DNA of 64,000 nt. Source: Eledone cirrhosa. Lineage: Eukaryota. The stretch is taken from contig OZ024742.1 of NCBI GenBank assembly GCA_964016885.1, positions 367,784,001 through 367,848,000 on the forward strand, written 5' to 3'. Under the pieces are notes generated by a model, which was not told the origin of the DNA, did no database searches, and saw only the letters and a program-made list of their open reading frames with translations. The stretch's first letter is position 1; the number at the start of each line of letters is the position of its first letter. Below, in pieces: positions 34,201 through 48,879 of this stretch. A program made the position numbers and the translations under genes.

Positions 34201-37200
34201 TCAGTCCAACAGATCTAGCTGAACTGTCTTCTGACAATACCAAATCCGGTGTCTCTTAATCCAGTCTCCAATGTCTGGTCAGTTCACCAGATCTAGCTGA
34301 ACTGTCTTCTGACAATACCTGCTCCGGTGTGTCTTAATGCTGTCTCCAATGTCTGGTCAGTCCAACAGATCTAGCTGAACTGTCTTCTGACAATACCAGC
34401 TCCGGTGTGTCTTAATGCAGTCTCCAATGTCTGGTCAGTCCACCAGATCTAGCTGAACTGTCTTCTGACAATACCAGCTCCGGTGTGTCTTAATGCAGTC
34501 TCCAATGTCTGGTCAGTCCACCAGATCTAGCTGAACTGTCTTCTGACAATACCTGCTCCGGTGTGTCTTAATGCTGTCTCCAATGTCTGGTCAGTCCAAC
34601 AGATCTAGCTGAACTGTCTTCTGACAATACCAGCTCCGGTGTGTCTTAATGCAGTCTCCCATGTCTGGTCAGGCCAACAGATCTAGCTGAACTGTCTTCT
34701 GACAATACCTGCTCCGGTGTGTCTTAATGCAGTCTCCAATGTCTGGTCAGTCCAGCAGATCTAGCTGAACTGTCTTCTGACAATACCAGCTCCGGTGTGT
34801 CTTAATGCAGTCTCCAATGTCTGGTCAGTCCACCAGATCTAGCTGAACTGTCTTCTGACAATACCAGCTCCGGTGTGTCTTAATGCAGTCTCCAATGTCT
34901 GGTCAGTCCAACAGATCTAGCTGAACTGTCTTCTGACAATACCAGCTCCGGTGTGTCTTAATGCAGTCTCCAATGTCTGGTCAGGCCAACAGATCTAGCT
35001 GAACTGTCTTCTGACAATACCAACTCCGGTGTGTCTTAATGCAGTCTCCAATGTCTGGTCAGTCCACCAGATCTAGCTGAACTGTCTTCTGACAATACCA
35101 GCTCCGGTGTGTCTTAATGCAGTCTCCAATGTCTGGTCAGTCCAGCAGATCTAGCTGAACTGTCTTCTGATAATACCAGCTCCGGTGTTTCTTAATGCTG
35201 TCTCCCATGTCTGGTCAGTCCAACAGATCTAGCTGAACTGTCTTCTGACAATACCAGCTCCGGTGTGTCTTAATGCAGTCTCCAATGTCTGGTCAGTCCA
35301 CCAGATATAGCTGAACTGTCTTCTGACAATACCAGCTCCGGTATGTCTTAATACAGTCTCCAATGTCTGGTCAGTCCACCAGATCTAGCTGAACTGTCTT
35401 CTGACAATACCAGCTCCGGTGTGTCTTAATGCAGTCTCCCATGTCTGGTCAGTCCACCAGATCTAGCTGAACTGTCTTCTGACAATACCAGCTCCGGTGT
35501 GTCTTAATGCAGTCTCCCATGTCTGGTCAGTCCACCAGATCTAGCTGAACTGTCTTCTGACAATACCAGCTCCGGTGTGTCTTAATGCAGTCTCCAATGT
35601 CTGGTCAGTCCACCAGATCTAGCTGAACTGTCTTCTGACAATACCAACTCCGGTGTGTCTTAATGCAGTCTCCAATGTCTGGTCAGTTCACCAGATCTAG
35701 CTGAACTGTCTTCTGACAATACCAACTCCGGTGTGTCTTAATGCAGTCTCCCATGTCTGGTCAGTCCACCAGATCTAGCTGAACTGTCTTCTGACAATAC
35801 CAGCTCCGGTGTGTCTTAATGCAGTCTCCCATGTCTGGTCAGTCCACCAGATCTAGCTGAACTGTCTTCTGACAATACCAGCTCCGGTGTGTCTTAATGC
35901 AGTCTCCAATGTCTGGTCAGTCCACCAGATCTAGCTGAACTGTCTTCTGACAATACCAGCTCCGGTGTGTCTTAATGCAGTCTCCCATGTCTGGTCAGTC
36001 CACCAGATCTAGCTGAACTGTCTTCTGACAATACCAGCTCCGGTGTGTCTTAATGCAGTCTCCAATGTCTGGTCAGTCCACCAGATCTAGCTGAACTGTC
36101 TTCTGACAATACCAGCTCCGGTGTGTCTTAATGCAGTCTCCAATGTCTGGTCAGTTCACCAGATCTAGCTGAACTGTCTTCTGACAATACCAACTCCGGT
36201 GTGTCTTAATGCAGTCTCCCATGTCTGGTCAGTCCAACAGATCTAGCTGAACTGTCTTCTGTCAATACCAGCTCCGGTGTGTCTTAATGCAGTCTCCAAT
36301 GTCTGGTCAGTTCACCAGATCTAGCTGAACTGTCTTCTGACAATACCAACTCCGGTGTGTCTTAATGCAGTCTCCCATGTCTGGTCAGTCCAACAGATCT
36401 AGCTGAACTGTCTTCTGACAATACCAACTCCGGTGTGTCTTAATGCAGTCTCCAATGTCTGGTCAGTCCACCAGATCTAGCTGAACTGTCTTCTGACAAT
36501 ACCAGCTCAATTGTATCTTAATGCAGTCTCCAATGTCTGGTCAGTCCACCAGATCTAGCTGAACTGTCTTCTGATAATATCAGCTCCGGTGTTTCTTAAT
36601 GCTGTCTCCCATGTCTGGTCAGGCCAACAGATCTAGCTGAACTGTCTTCTGACAATACCAGCTCCGGTGTGTCTTAATGCAGTCTCCAATGTCTGGTCAG
36701 TCCAACAGATCTAGCTGAACTGTCTTCTGACAATACCAGCTCCGGTGTGTCTTAATGCAGTCTCCAATGTCTGGTCAGTCCACCAGATCTAGCTGAACTG
36801 TCTTCTGACAATACCAGTTCCGGTGTGTCTTAATGCAGTCTCCAATGTCTGGTCAGTCCACCAGATCTAGCTGAACTGTCTTCTGACAATACCAGTTCCG
36901 GTGTGTCTTAATGCAGTCTCCAATGTCTGGTCAGTCCACCAGATCTAGCTGAACTGTCTTCTGACAATACCAGCTCCGGTGTGTCTTAATGCAGTCTCCA
37001 ATGTCTGGTCAGTCCACCAGATCTAGCTGAACTGTCTTCTGACAATACCAGCTCCGGTGTGTCTTAATGCAGTCTCCCATGTCTGGTCAGTCCACCAGAT
37101 CTAGCTGAACTGTCTTCTGACAATACCAGCTCCGGTGTGTCTTAATGCAGTCTCCAATGTCTGGTCAGTCCACCAGATCTAGCTGAACTGTCTTCTGACA

Positions 37201-40200
37201 ATACCAGCTCAATTGTATCTTAATGCAGTCTCCAATGTCTGGTCAGTCCACCAGATCTAGCTGAACTGTCTTCTGATAATACCAGCTCCGGTGTTTCTTA
37301 ATGCTGTCTCCCATGTCTGGTCAGGCCAACAGATCTAGCTGAACTGTCTTCTGACAATACCAGCTCCGGTGTGTCTTAATGCAGTCTCCAATGTCTGGTC
37401 AGTCCACCAGATCTAGCTGAACTGTCTTCTGACAATACCAGCTCCGGTGTGTCTTAATGCAGTCTCCCATGTCTGGTCAGTCCACCAGATCTAGCTGAAC
37501 TGTCTTCTGACAATACCAGCTCCGGTGTGTCTTAATGCAGTCTCCAATGTCTGGTCAGTCCACCAGATCTAGCTGAACTGTCTTCTGACAATACCAGTTC
37601 CGGTGTGTCTTAATGCAGTCTCCAATGTCTGGTCAGTCCACCAGATCTAGCTGAACTGTCTTCTGACAATACCAGTTCCGGTGTGTCTTAATGCAGTCTC
37701 CAATGTCTGGTCAGTCCACCAGATCTAGCTGAACTGTCTTCTGACAATACCAGCTCCGGTGTGTCTTAATGCAGTCTCCAATGTCTGGTCAGTCCACCAG
37801 ATCTAGCTGAACTGTCTTCTGACAATACCAGCTCCGGTGTGTCTTAATGCAGTCTCCCATGTCTGGTCAGTCCACCAGATATAGCTGAACTGTCTTCTGA
37901 CAATACCAGCTCCGGTGTGTCTTAATGCAGTCTCCAATGTCTGGTCAGTCCACCAGATCTAGCTGAACTGTCTTCTGACAATACCAGCTCCGGTGTGTCT
38001 TAATGCAGTCTCCAATGTCTTGTCAGTCCAACAGATCTAGCTGAACTGTCTTCTGACAATACCAGCTCCGGTGTGTCTTAATACAGTCTCCAATGTCTGG
38101 ACAGTCCACCAGATCTAGCTGAACTGTCTTCTGACAATACCAGCTCCGGTGTGTCTTAATACAGTCTCCAATGTCTGGTCAGTCCAACAGATCTAGCTGA
38201 ACTGTCTTCTGACAATACCAGCTCCGGTGTGTCTTAATACAGTCTCCAATGTCTGGTCAGTCCAACAGATCTAGCTGAACTGTCTTCTGACAATACCAGC
38301 TCCGGTGTGTCTTAATGCAGTCTCCAATGTCTGGTCAGTTCACCAGTTCTAGCTGAACTGTCTTCTGACAATACCAGCTCCGGTGTGTCTTAATGCAGTC
38401 TCCAATGTCTTGTCAGTCCAACAGATCTAGCTGAACTGTCTTCTGACAATACCAGCTCCGGTGTGTCTTAATGCAGTCTCCAATGTCTTGTCAGTCCAAC
38501 AGATCTAGTTGAACTGTCTTCTGACAATACCAACTCCGGTGTGTCTTAATGCAGTCTCCCATGTCTGGTCAGTCCACCAGATCTAGCTGAACTGTCTTCT
38601 GACAATACCAGCTCCGGTGTGTCTTAATACAGTCTCCAATGTCTGGTCAGTCCAACAGATCTAGCTGAACTGTCTTCTGACAATACCAGCTCCGGTGTGT
38701 CTTAATACAGTCTCCAATGTCTGGTCAGTCCAACAGATCTAGCTGAACTGTCTTCTGACAATACCAGCTCCGGTGTGTCTTAATACAGTCTCCAATGTCT
38801 GGTCAGTCCAACAGATCTAGCTGAACTGTCTTCTGACAATACCAGCTCCGGTGTGTCTTAATACAGTCTCCAATGTCTGGTCAGTCCACCAGATCTAGCC
38901 GAACTGTCTTCTGACAATACCTGCTCCGGTGTGTCTTAATGCTGTCTCCAATGTCTGGTCAGTCCAACAGATCTAGCTGAACTGTCTTCTGACAATACCA
39001 GCTCCGGTGTGTCTTAATGCAGTCTCCAATGTCTTGAAGTCCAACAGATCTAGCTGAACTGTCTTCTGACAATACCTGCTCCGGTGTGTCTTAATGCAGT
39101 CTCCAATGTCTGGTCAGGCCAACAGATCTAGCTGAACTGTCTTCTGACAATACCAGCTCCGGTGTGTCTTAATGCAGTCTCCAATGTCTGGTCAGTTCAC
39201 CAGATCTAGCTGAACTGTCTTCTGACAATACCAACTCCGGTGTGTCTTAATGCAGTCTCCCATGTCTGGTCAGTCCAACAGATCTAGCTGAACTGTCTTC
39301 TGACAATACCAACTCCGGTGTGTCTTAATGCAGTCTCCAATGTCTGGTCAGTCCACCAGATCTAGCTGAACTGTCTTCTGACAATACCAGCTCCGGTGTG
39401 TCTTAATGCAGTCTCCAATGTCTGGTCAGTCCAGCAGATCTAGCTGAACTGTCTTCTGATAATACCAGCTCCGGTGTTTCTTAATGCTGTCTCCCATGTC
39501 TGGTCAGTCCAACAGATCTAGCTGAACTGTCTTCTGACAATACCAGCTCCGGTGTGTCTTAATGCAGTCTCCAATGTCTGGTCAGTCCACCAGATATAGC
39601 TGAACTGTCTTCTGACAATACCAGCTCCGGTATGTCTTAATACAGTCTCCAATGTCTGGTCAGTCCACCAGATATAGCTGAACTGTCTTCTGACAATACC
39701 AGCTCCGGTATGTCTTAATACAGTCTCCAATGTCTGGTCAGTCCACCAGATATAGCTGAACTGTCTTCTGACAATACCAGCTCCGGTATGTCTTAATACA
39801 GTCTCCAATGTCTGGTCAGTCCACCAGATCTAGCTGAACTGTCTTCTGACAATACCAGCTCCGGTATGTCTTAATACAGTCTCCAATGTCTGGTCAGTCC
39901 ACCAGATCTAGCTGAACTGTCTTCTGACAATACCAACTCCGGTGTGTCTTAATGCAGTCTCCCATGTCTGGTCAGTCCACCAGATCTAGCTGAACTGTCT
40001 TCTGACAATACCAGCTCCGGTGTGTCTTAATGCAGTCTCCCATGTCTGGTCAGTCCACCAGATCTAGCTGAACTGTCTTCTGACAATACCAGCTCCGGTG
40101 TGTCTTAATGCAGTCTCCAATGTCTGGTCAGTCCACCAGATCTAGCTGAACTGTCTTCTGACAATACCAGCTCCGGTGTGTCTTAATGCAGTCTCCCATG

Positions 40201-43200
40201 TCTGGTCAGTCCACCAGATCTAGCTGAACTGTCTTCTGACAATACCAGCTCCGGTGTGTCTTAATGCAGTCTCCAATGTCTGGTCAGTCCACCAGATCTA
40301 GCTGAACTGTCTTCTGACAATACCAGCTCCGGTGTGTCTTAATGCAGTCTCCAATGTCTGGTCAGTTCACCAGATCTAGCTGAACTGTCTTCTGACAATA
40401 CCAACTCCGGTGTGTCTTAATGCAGTCTCCCATGTCTGGTCAGTCCAACAGATCTAGCTGAACTGTCTTCTGTCAATACCAGCTCCGGTGTGTCTTAATG
40501 CAGTCTCCAATGTCTGGTCAGTTCACCAGATCTAGCTGAACTGTCTTCTGACAATACCAACTCCGGTGTGTCTTAATGCAGTCTCCCATGTCTGGTCAGT
40601 CCAACAGATCTAGCTGAACTGTCTTCTGACAATACCAGCTCCGGTGTGTCTTAATGCAGTCTCCAATGTCTGGTCAGTCCACCAGATATAGCTGAACTGT
40701 CTTCTGACAATACCAACTCCGGTGTGTCTTAATGCAGTCTCCAATGTCTGGTCAGTCCACCAGATCTAGCTGAACTGTCTTCTGACAATACCAGCTCAAT
40801 TGTATCTTAATGCAGTCTCCAATGTCTGGTCAGTCCACCAGATCTAGCTGAACTGTCTTCTGACAATACCAGCTCAATTGTATCTTAATGCAGTCTCCAA
40901 TGTCTGGTCAGTCCACCAGATCTAGCTGAACTGTCTTCTGATAATACCAGCTCCGGTGTTTCTTAATGCTGTCTCCCATGTCTGGTCAGGCCAACAGATC
41001 TAGCTGAACTGTCTTCTGACAATACCAGCTCCGGTGTGTCTTAATGCAGTCTCCAATGTCTGGTCAGTCCACCAGATCTAGCTGAACTGTCTTCTGACAA
41101 TACCAGCTCCGGTGTGTCTTAATGCAGTCTCCCATGTCTGGTCAGTCCACCAGATCTAGCTGAACTGTCTTCTGACAATACCAGCTCCGGTGTGTCTTAA
41201 TGCAGTCTCCAATGTCTGGTCAGTCCACCAGATCTAGCTGAACTGTCTTCTGACAATACCAGTTCCGGTGTGTCTTAATGCAGTCTCCAATGTCTGGTCA
41301 GTCCACCAGATCTAGCTGAACTGTCTTCTGACAATACCAGTTCCGGTGTGTCTTAATGCAGTCTCCCATGTCTGGTCAGTCCAACAGATCTAGCTGAACT
41401 GTCTTCTGACAATACCAGCTCCGGTGTGTCTTAATGCAGTCTCCAATGTCTGGTCAGTCCACCAGATCTAGCTGAACTGTCTTCTGACAATACCAGCTCC
41501 GGTGTGTCTTAATGCAGTCTCCAATGTCTGGTCAGTCCACCAGATCTAGCTGAACTGTCTTCTGACAATACCAGCTCCGGTGTGTCTTAATGCAGTCTCC
41601 CATGTCTGGTCAGTCCACCAGATATAGCTGAACTGTCTTCTGACAATACCAGCTCCGGTGTGTCTTAATGCAGTCTCCAATGTCTGGTCAGTCCACCAGA
41701 TCTAGCTGAACTGTCTTCTGACAATACCAGCTCCGGTGTGTCTTAATGCAGTCTCCAATGTCTTGTCAGTCCAACAGATCTAGCTGAACTGTCTTCTGAC
41801 AATACCAGCTCCGGTGTGTCTTAATACAGTCTCCAATGTCTGGACAGTCCACCAGATCTAGCTGAACTGTCTTCTGACAATACCAGCTCCGGTGTGTCTT
41901 AATACAGTCTCCAATGTCTGGTCAGTCCAACAGATCTAGCTGAAGTGTCTTCTGACAATACCAGCTCCGGTGTGTCTTAATACAGTCTCCAATGTCTGGT
42001 CAGTCCAACAGATCTAGCTGAACTGTCTTCTGACAATACCAGCTCCGGTGTGTCTTAATGCAGTCTCCAATGTCTGGTCAGTTCACCAGTTCTAGCTGAA
42101 CTGTCTTCTGACAATACCAGCTCCGGTGTGTCTTAATGCAGTCTCCAATGTCTTGTCAGTCCAACAGATCTAGTTGAACTGTCTTCTGACAATACCAACT
42201 CCGGTGTGTCTTAATGCAGTCTCCCATGTCTGGGCAGTCCAACAGATCTAGCTGAACTGTCTTCTGACAATACCAGCTCCGGTGTGTCTTAATACAGTCT
42301 CCAATGTCTGGTCAGTCCAACAGATCTAGCTGAACTGTCTTCTGACAATACCAGCTCCGGTGTGTCTTAATACAGTCTCCAATGTCTGGTCAGTCCAACA
42401 GATCTAGCTGAACTGTCTTCTGACAATACCAGCTCCGGTGTGTCTTAATCCAGTCTCCAATGTCTGGTCAGTCCACCAGATCTAGCTGAACTGTCTTCTG
42501 ACAATACCAGCTCCGGTGTGTCTTAATGCAGTCTCCAATGTCTGGTCAGTTCACCAGTTCTAGCTGAACTGTCTTCTGACAATACCAGCTCCGGTGTGTC
42601 TTAATACAGTCTCCAATGTCTGGTCAGTCCAACAGATCTAGCTGAACTGTCTTCTGACAATACCAGCTCCGGTGTGTCTTAATCCAGTCTCCAATGTCTG
42701 GTCAGTCCACCAGATCTAGCTGAACTGTCTTCTGACAATACCAGCTCCGGTGTGTCTTAATGCAGTCTCCAATGTCTGGTCAGTTCACCAGTTCTAGCTG
42801 AACTGTCTTCTGACAATACCAGCTCCGGTGTGTCTTAATGCAGTCTCCAATGTCTGGTCAGTTCACCAGTTCTAGCTGAACTGTCTTCTGACAATACCAA
42901 CTCCGGTGTGTCTTAATGCAGTCTCCAATGTCTGGTCAGTCCAACAGATCTAGCTGAACTGTCTTCTGACAATACCAATTCCGGTGTGTCTTAATGCAGT
43001 CTCCCATGTCTGGGCAGTCCAACAGATCTAGCTGAACTGTCTTCTGACAATACCAACTCCGGTGTGTCTTAATGCAGTCTCCCATGTCTGGGCAGTCCAA
43101 CAGATCTAGCTGAACTGTCTTCTGACAATACCAACTCCGGTGTGTCTTAATGCTGTCTCCCATGTCTGGGCAGTCCAACAGATCTAGCTGAACTGTCTTC

Positions 43201-43637
43201 TGACAATACCAGCTCCGGTGTTTCTTAATGCTGTCTCCCATGTCTGGTCAGTCCACCAGATCTAGCTGAACTGTCTTCTGATAATACCAGCTCCGGTGTT
43301 TCTTAATGCTGTCTCCCATGTCTGGTCAGGCAAACAGATCTAGCTGAACTGTCTTCTGACAATACCAGCTCCGGTGTGTCTTAATGCAGTCTCCAATGTC
43401 TGGTCAGTCCAGCAGATCTAGCTGAACTGTCTTCTGACAATACCAGCTCCGGTGTGTCTTAATCCAGTCTCCAATGTCTGGTCAGTCCACCAGATCTAGC
43501 TGAACTGTCTTCTGACAATACCAGCTCCGGTGTGTCTTAATGCAGTCTCCCATGTCTGGTCAGTCCACCAGATCTAGCTGAACTGTCTTCTGACAATACC
43601 AGCTCCGGTGTGTCTTAATGCAGTCTCCCATGTCTGG

Positions 43638-44270
43638 TCAGTCCACCAGATCTAGCTGAACTGTCTTCTGACAATACCAGCTCCGGTGTGTCTTAATACA
43701 GTCTCCAATGTCTGGCCAGTCCACCAGATCTAGCTGAACTGTCTTCTGACAATACCAGCTCCGGTGTGTCTTAATACAGTCTCCAATGTCTGGCCAGTCC
43801 ACCAGATCTAGCTGAACTGTCTTCTGACAATACCAGCTCCGGTGTGTCTTAATACAGTCTCCAATGTCTGGCCAGTCCACCAGATCTAGCTGAACTGTCT
43901 TCTGACAATACCAGCTCCGGTGTGTCTTAATACAGTCTCCAATGTCTGGCCAGTCCACCAGATCTAGCTGAACTGTCTTCTGACAATACCAGCTCCGGTG
44001 TGTCTTAATACAGTCTCCAATGTCTGGCCAGTCCACCAGATCTAGCTGAACTGTCTTCTGACAATACCAGCTCCGGTGTGTCTTAATACAGTCTCCAATG
44101 TCTGGCCAGTCCACCAGATCTAGCTGAACTGTCTTCTGACAATACCAGCTCCGGTGTGTCTTAATACAGTCTCCAATGTCTGGCCAGTCCACCAGATCTA
44201 GCTGAACTGTCTTCTGACAATACCAGCTCCGGTGTGTCTTAATACAGTCTCCAATGTCTGGCCAGTCCAC
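43638..44270. repeat. Homogeneous run of 8 identical variant 78-bp monomers (AATACAG...CTGGCCAG type)
   Basis: Eight consecutive identical units give the 210-aa ORF. Homologous blocks at ~25200, ~30000, ~49500, ~52220 and ~55470 have only 2-3 such units. Confidence 0.9.
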
Positions 44271-47200
44271 CAGATCTAGCTGAACTGTCTTCTGACAATA
44301 CCAGCTCCGGTGTGTCTTAATCCAGTCTTCAATGTCTGGTCAGTCCACCAGATCTAGCTGAACTGTCTTCTGACAATACCAGCTCCGGTGTGTCTTAATG
44401 CAGTCTCCCATGTCTGGTCAGTCCACCAGATCTAGCTGAACTGTCTTCTGACAATACCAGCTCCGGCGTGTCTTAATGCAGTCTCCAATGTCTGGTCAGT
44501 CCACCAGATCTAGCTGAACTGTCTTCTGACAATACCAGCTCCGGTGTGTCTTAATGCAGTCTCCAATGTCTTGTCAGTCCAACAGATCTAGCTGAACTGT
44601 CTTCTGACAATACCAGCTCCGGTGTGTCTTTATACAGTCTCCTATGTCTGGTCAGTCCAACAGATCTAGCTGAACTGTCTTCTGACAATACCAGCTCCGG
44701 TGTGTCTTAATACAGTCTCCAATGTCTGGTCAGTCCACCAGATCTAGCTGAACTGTCTTCTGACAATACCTGCTCCGGTGTGTCTTAATGCTGTCTCCAA
44801 TGTCTGGTCAGTCCAACAGATCTAGCTGAACTGTCTTCTGACAATACCAGCTCCGGTGTGTCTTAATGCAGTCTCCAATGTCTGGTCAGTCCACCAGATC
44901 TAGCTGAACTGTCTTCTGACAATACCAGCTCCGGTGTGTCTTAATGCAGTCTCCAATGTCTGGTCAGTTCACCAGATCTAGCTGAACTGTCTTCTGACAA
45001 TACCAACTCCGGTGTGTCTTAATGCAGTCTCCCATGTCTGGTCAGTCCAACAGATCTAGCTGAACTGTCTTCTGACAATACCAACTCCGGTGTGTCTTAA
45101 TGCAGTCTCCAATGTCTGGTCAGTCCACCAGATCTAGCTGAACTGTCTTCTGACAATACCAGCTCCGGTGTGTCTTAATGCAGTCTCCAATGTCTGGTCA
45201 GTCCAGCAGATCTAGCTGAACTGTCTTCTGATAATACCAGCTCCGGTGTTTCTTAATGCTGTCTCCCATGTCTGGTCAGTCCAACAGATCTAGCTGAACT
45301 GTCTTCTGACAATACCAGCTCCGGTGTGTCTTAATGCAGTCTCCAATGTCTGGTCAGTCCACCAGATATAGCTGAACTGTCTTCTGACAATACCAGCTCC
45401 GGTATGTCTTAATACAGTCTCCAATGTCTGGTCAGTCCACCAGATCTAGCTGAACTGTCTTCTGACAATACCAGCTCCGGTGTGTCTTAATGCAGTCTCC
45501 AATGTCTGGTCAGTCCACCAGATCTAGCTGAACTGTCTTCTGACAATACCAGCTCCGGTGTGTCTTTATACAGTCTCCTATGTCTGGTCAGACCAACAGA
45601 TCTAGCTGAACTGTCTTCTGACAATACCAGCTCCGGTGTGTCTTAATACAGTCTCCAATGTCTGGTCAGTCCACCAGATCTAGCTGAACTGTCTTCTGAC
45701 AATACCTGCTCCGGTGTGTATTAATGCAGTCTCCCATGTCTGGTCAGTCCAACAGATCTAGCTGAACTGTCTTCTGACAATACCAGCTCCGGTGTGTCTT
45801 AATCCAGTCTCCAATGTCTGGTCAGTCCACCAGATCTAGCTGAACTGTCTTCTGACAATACCAGCTCCGGTGTGTCTTAATGCAGTCTCCAATGTCTGGT
45901 CAGTTCACCAGCTCTAGCTGAACTGTCTTCTGACAATACCAACTCCGGTGTGTCTTAATACAGTCTCCCATGTCTGGTCAGTCCAACAGATCTAGCTGAA
46001 CTGTCTTCTGACAATACCAACTCCGGTGTGTCTTAATGCAGTCTCCAATGTCTGGTCAGTCCACCAGATCTAGCTGAACTGTCTTCTGACAATACCAGCT
46101 CCGGTGTGTCTTAATGCAGTCTCCAATGTCTGGTCAGTTCACCAGCTCTAGCTGAACTGTCTTCTGACAATACCAACTCCGGTGTGTCTTAATACAGTCT
46201 CCCATGTCTGGTCAGTCCAACAGATCTAGCTGAACTGTCTTCTGACAATACCAACTCCGGTGTGTCTTAATGCAGTCTCCAATGTCTGGTCAGTCCACCA
46301 GATCTAGCTGAACTGTCTTCTGACAATACCAGCTCAGCTGTATCTTAATGCAGTCTCCAATGTCTGGTCAGTCCACCAGATCTAGCTGAACTGTCTTCTG
46401 ACAATACCAGCTCCGGTGTGTCTTAATGCAGTCTCCAATGTCTGGTCAGTCCACCAGATCTAGCTGAACTGTCTTCTGACAATACCAGCTCCGGTGTGTC
46501 TTAATGCAGTCTCCAATGTCTGGTCAGTCCACCAGATCTAGCTGAACTGTCTTCTGACAATACCAGCTCCGGTGTGTCTTAATGCAGTCTCCCATGTCTG
46601 GTCAGTCCACCAGATCTAGCTGAACTGTCTTCTGACAATACCAGCTCCGGTGTGTCTTAATGCAGTCTCCAATGTCTGGTCAGTCCACCAGATCTAGCTG
46701 AACTGTCTTCTGACAATACCAGTTCCGGTGTGTCTTAATGCAGTCTTCAATGTCTTGTCAGTCCAACAGATCTAGCTGAACTGTCTTCTGACAATACCAG
46801 CTCCGGTGTGTCTTAATGCAGTCTCCAATGTCTGGTCAGTCCACCAGATCTTGCTGAACTGTCTTCTGACAATACCAGCTCCGGTGTGTCTTAATGCAGT
46901 CTCCAATGTCTGGTCAGTCCAACAGATCTAGCTGAGCTGTCTTCTGACAATACCAGCTCCGGTGTGTCTTAATGCAGTCTCCAATGTCTGGTCAGTCCAA
47001 CAGATCTAGCTGAACTGTCTTCTGACAATACCAGCTCCGGTGTGTCTTAATGCAGTCTCCAATGTCTGGTCAGTCCACCAGATCTTGCTGAACTGTCTTC
47101 TGACAATACCAGCTCCGGTGTGTCTTAATGCAGTCTCCAATGTCTGGTCAGTCCAACAGATCTAGCTGAACTGTCTTCTGACAATACCAGCTCCGGTGTG

Positions 47201-48879
47201 TCTTAATGCAGTCTCCAATGTCTGGTCAGTCCAACAGATCTAGCTGAACTGTCTTCTGACAATACCAGCTCCGGTGTGTCTTAATGCAGCCTCCTATGTC
47301 TGGTCAGTCCAACAGATCTAGCTGAACTGTCTTCTGACAATACCAGCTCCGGTGTGTCTTAATACAGTCTCCTATGTCTGGTCAGTCCAACAGATCTAGC
47401 TGAACTGTCTTCTGACAATACCAGCTCCGGTGTGTCTTAATACAGTCTCCAATGTCTGGCCAGTCCACCAGATCTAGCTGAACTGTCTTCTGACAATACC
47501 AGCTCCGGTATGTCTTAATGCAGTCTCCTATGTCTGGTCAGTCCACCAGATCTAGCTGAACTGTCTTCTGACAATACCAGCTCCGGTGTGTCTTAAAGCA
47601 GTCTCCCATGTCTGGTCAGTCCAACAGATCTAGCTGAACTGTCTTCTGACAATACCAGCTCCGGTGTGTCTTAATGCAGTCTCCAATGTCTGGTCAGTCC
47701 ACCAGATCTAGCTGAACTGTCTTCTGACAATACCAGCTCCGGTGTGTCTTAATACAGTCTCCAATGTCTGGTCAGTCCAACAGATCTGGCTGAACTGTCT
47801 TCTAACAATACCAGCTTCGGTGTGTCTTAATTCAGTCTCCAATGCCTGGTCAGTCCACCAGATCTAGCTGAACTGTCTTCTGACAATACCAGCTCCGGTG
47901 TGTCTTAATGCATTCTCCAATGTCTGGTCAGTCCACCAGATCTAGCTGAACTGTCTTCTGACAATACCAGCTCCGGTGTGTCTTAATACAGTCTCCAATG
48001 TCTGGTCAGTCCAACAGATCTAGCTGAACTGTCTTCTGACAATACCAGCTCCGGTGGGTCTTAATGCAGTCTCCAATGTCTGGTCAGTCCAACAGATCTA
48101 GCTGTACTGTCTTCTGACAATACCAGCTCCGGTGTGTCTTAATACAGTCTCCAATGTCTGGTCAGTCCACCAGATCTAGCTGAACTGTCTTCTGACAATA
48201 CCAGCTCCGGTGTGTCTTAATGCAGTCTCCCATGTCTGGTCAGTCCAAAAGATCTAGCTGAACTGTCTTCTGACAATACCAGCTCCGGTGTGTCTTAATC
48301 CAGTCTCCAATGTCTGGTCAGTCCACCAGATCTAGCTGAACTGTCTTCTGACAATACCAGCTCCGGTGTGTCTTAATGCAGTCTCCAATGTCTGGTCAGT
48401 TCACCAGTTCTAGCTGAACTGTCTTCTGACAATACCAGCTCCGGTGTGTCTTAATGCAGTCTCCCATGTCTGGTCAGTCCAAAAGATCTAGCTGAACTGT
48501 CTTCTGACAATACCAGCTCCGGTGTGTCTTAATCCAGTCTCCAATGTCTGGTCAGTCCACCAGATCTAGCTGAACTGTCTTCTGACAATACCAGCTCCGG
48601 TGTGTCTTAATGCAGTCTCCAATGTCTGGTCAGTCCACCAGATCTAGCTGAACTGTCTTCTGACAATACCAGCTCCGGTGTGTCTTAATGCAGTCTCCCA
48701 TGTCTGGTCAGTCCAAAAGATCTAGCTGAACTGTCTTCTGACAATACCAGCTCCGGTGTGTCTTAATCCAGTCTCCAATGTCTGGTCAGTCCACCAGATC
48801 TAGCTGAACTGTCTTCTGACAATACCAGCTCCGGTGTGTCTTAATGCAGTCTCCAATGTCTGGTCAGTCCACCAGATCT

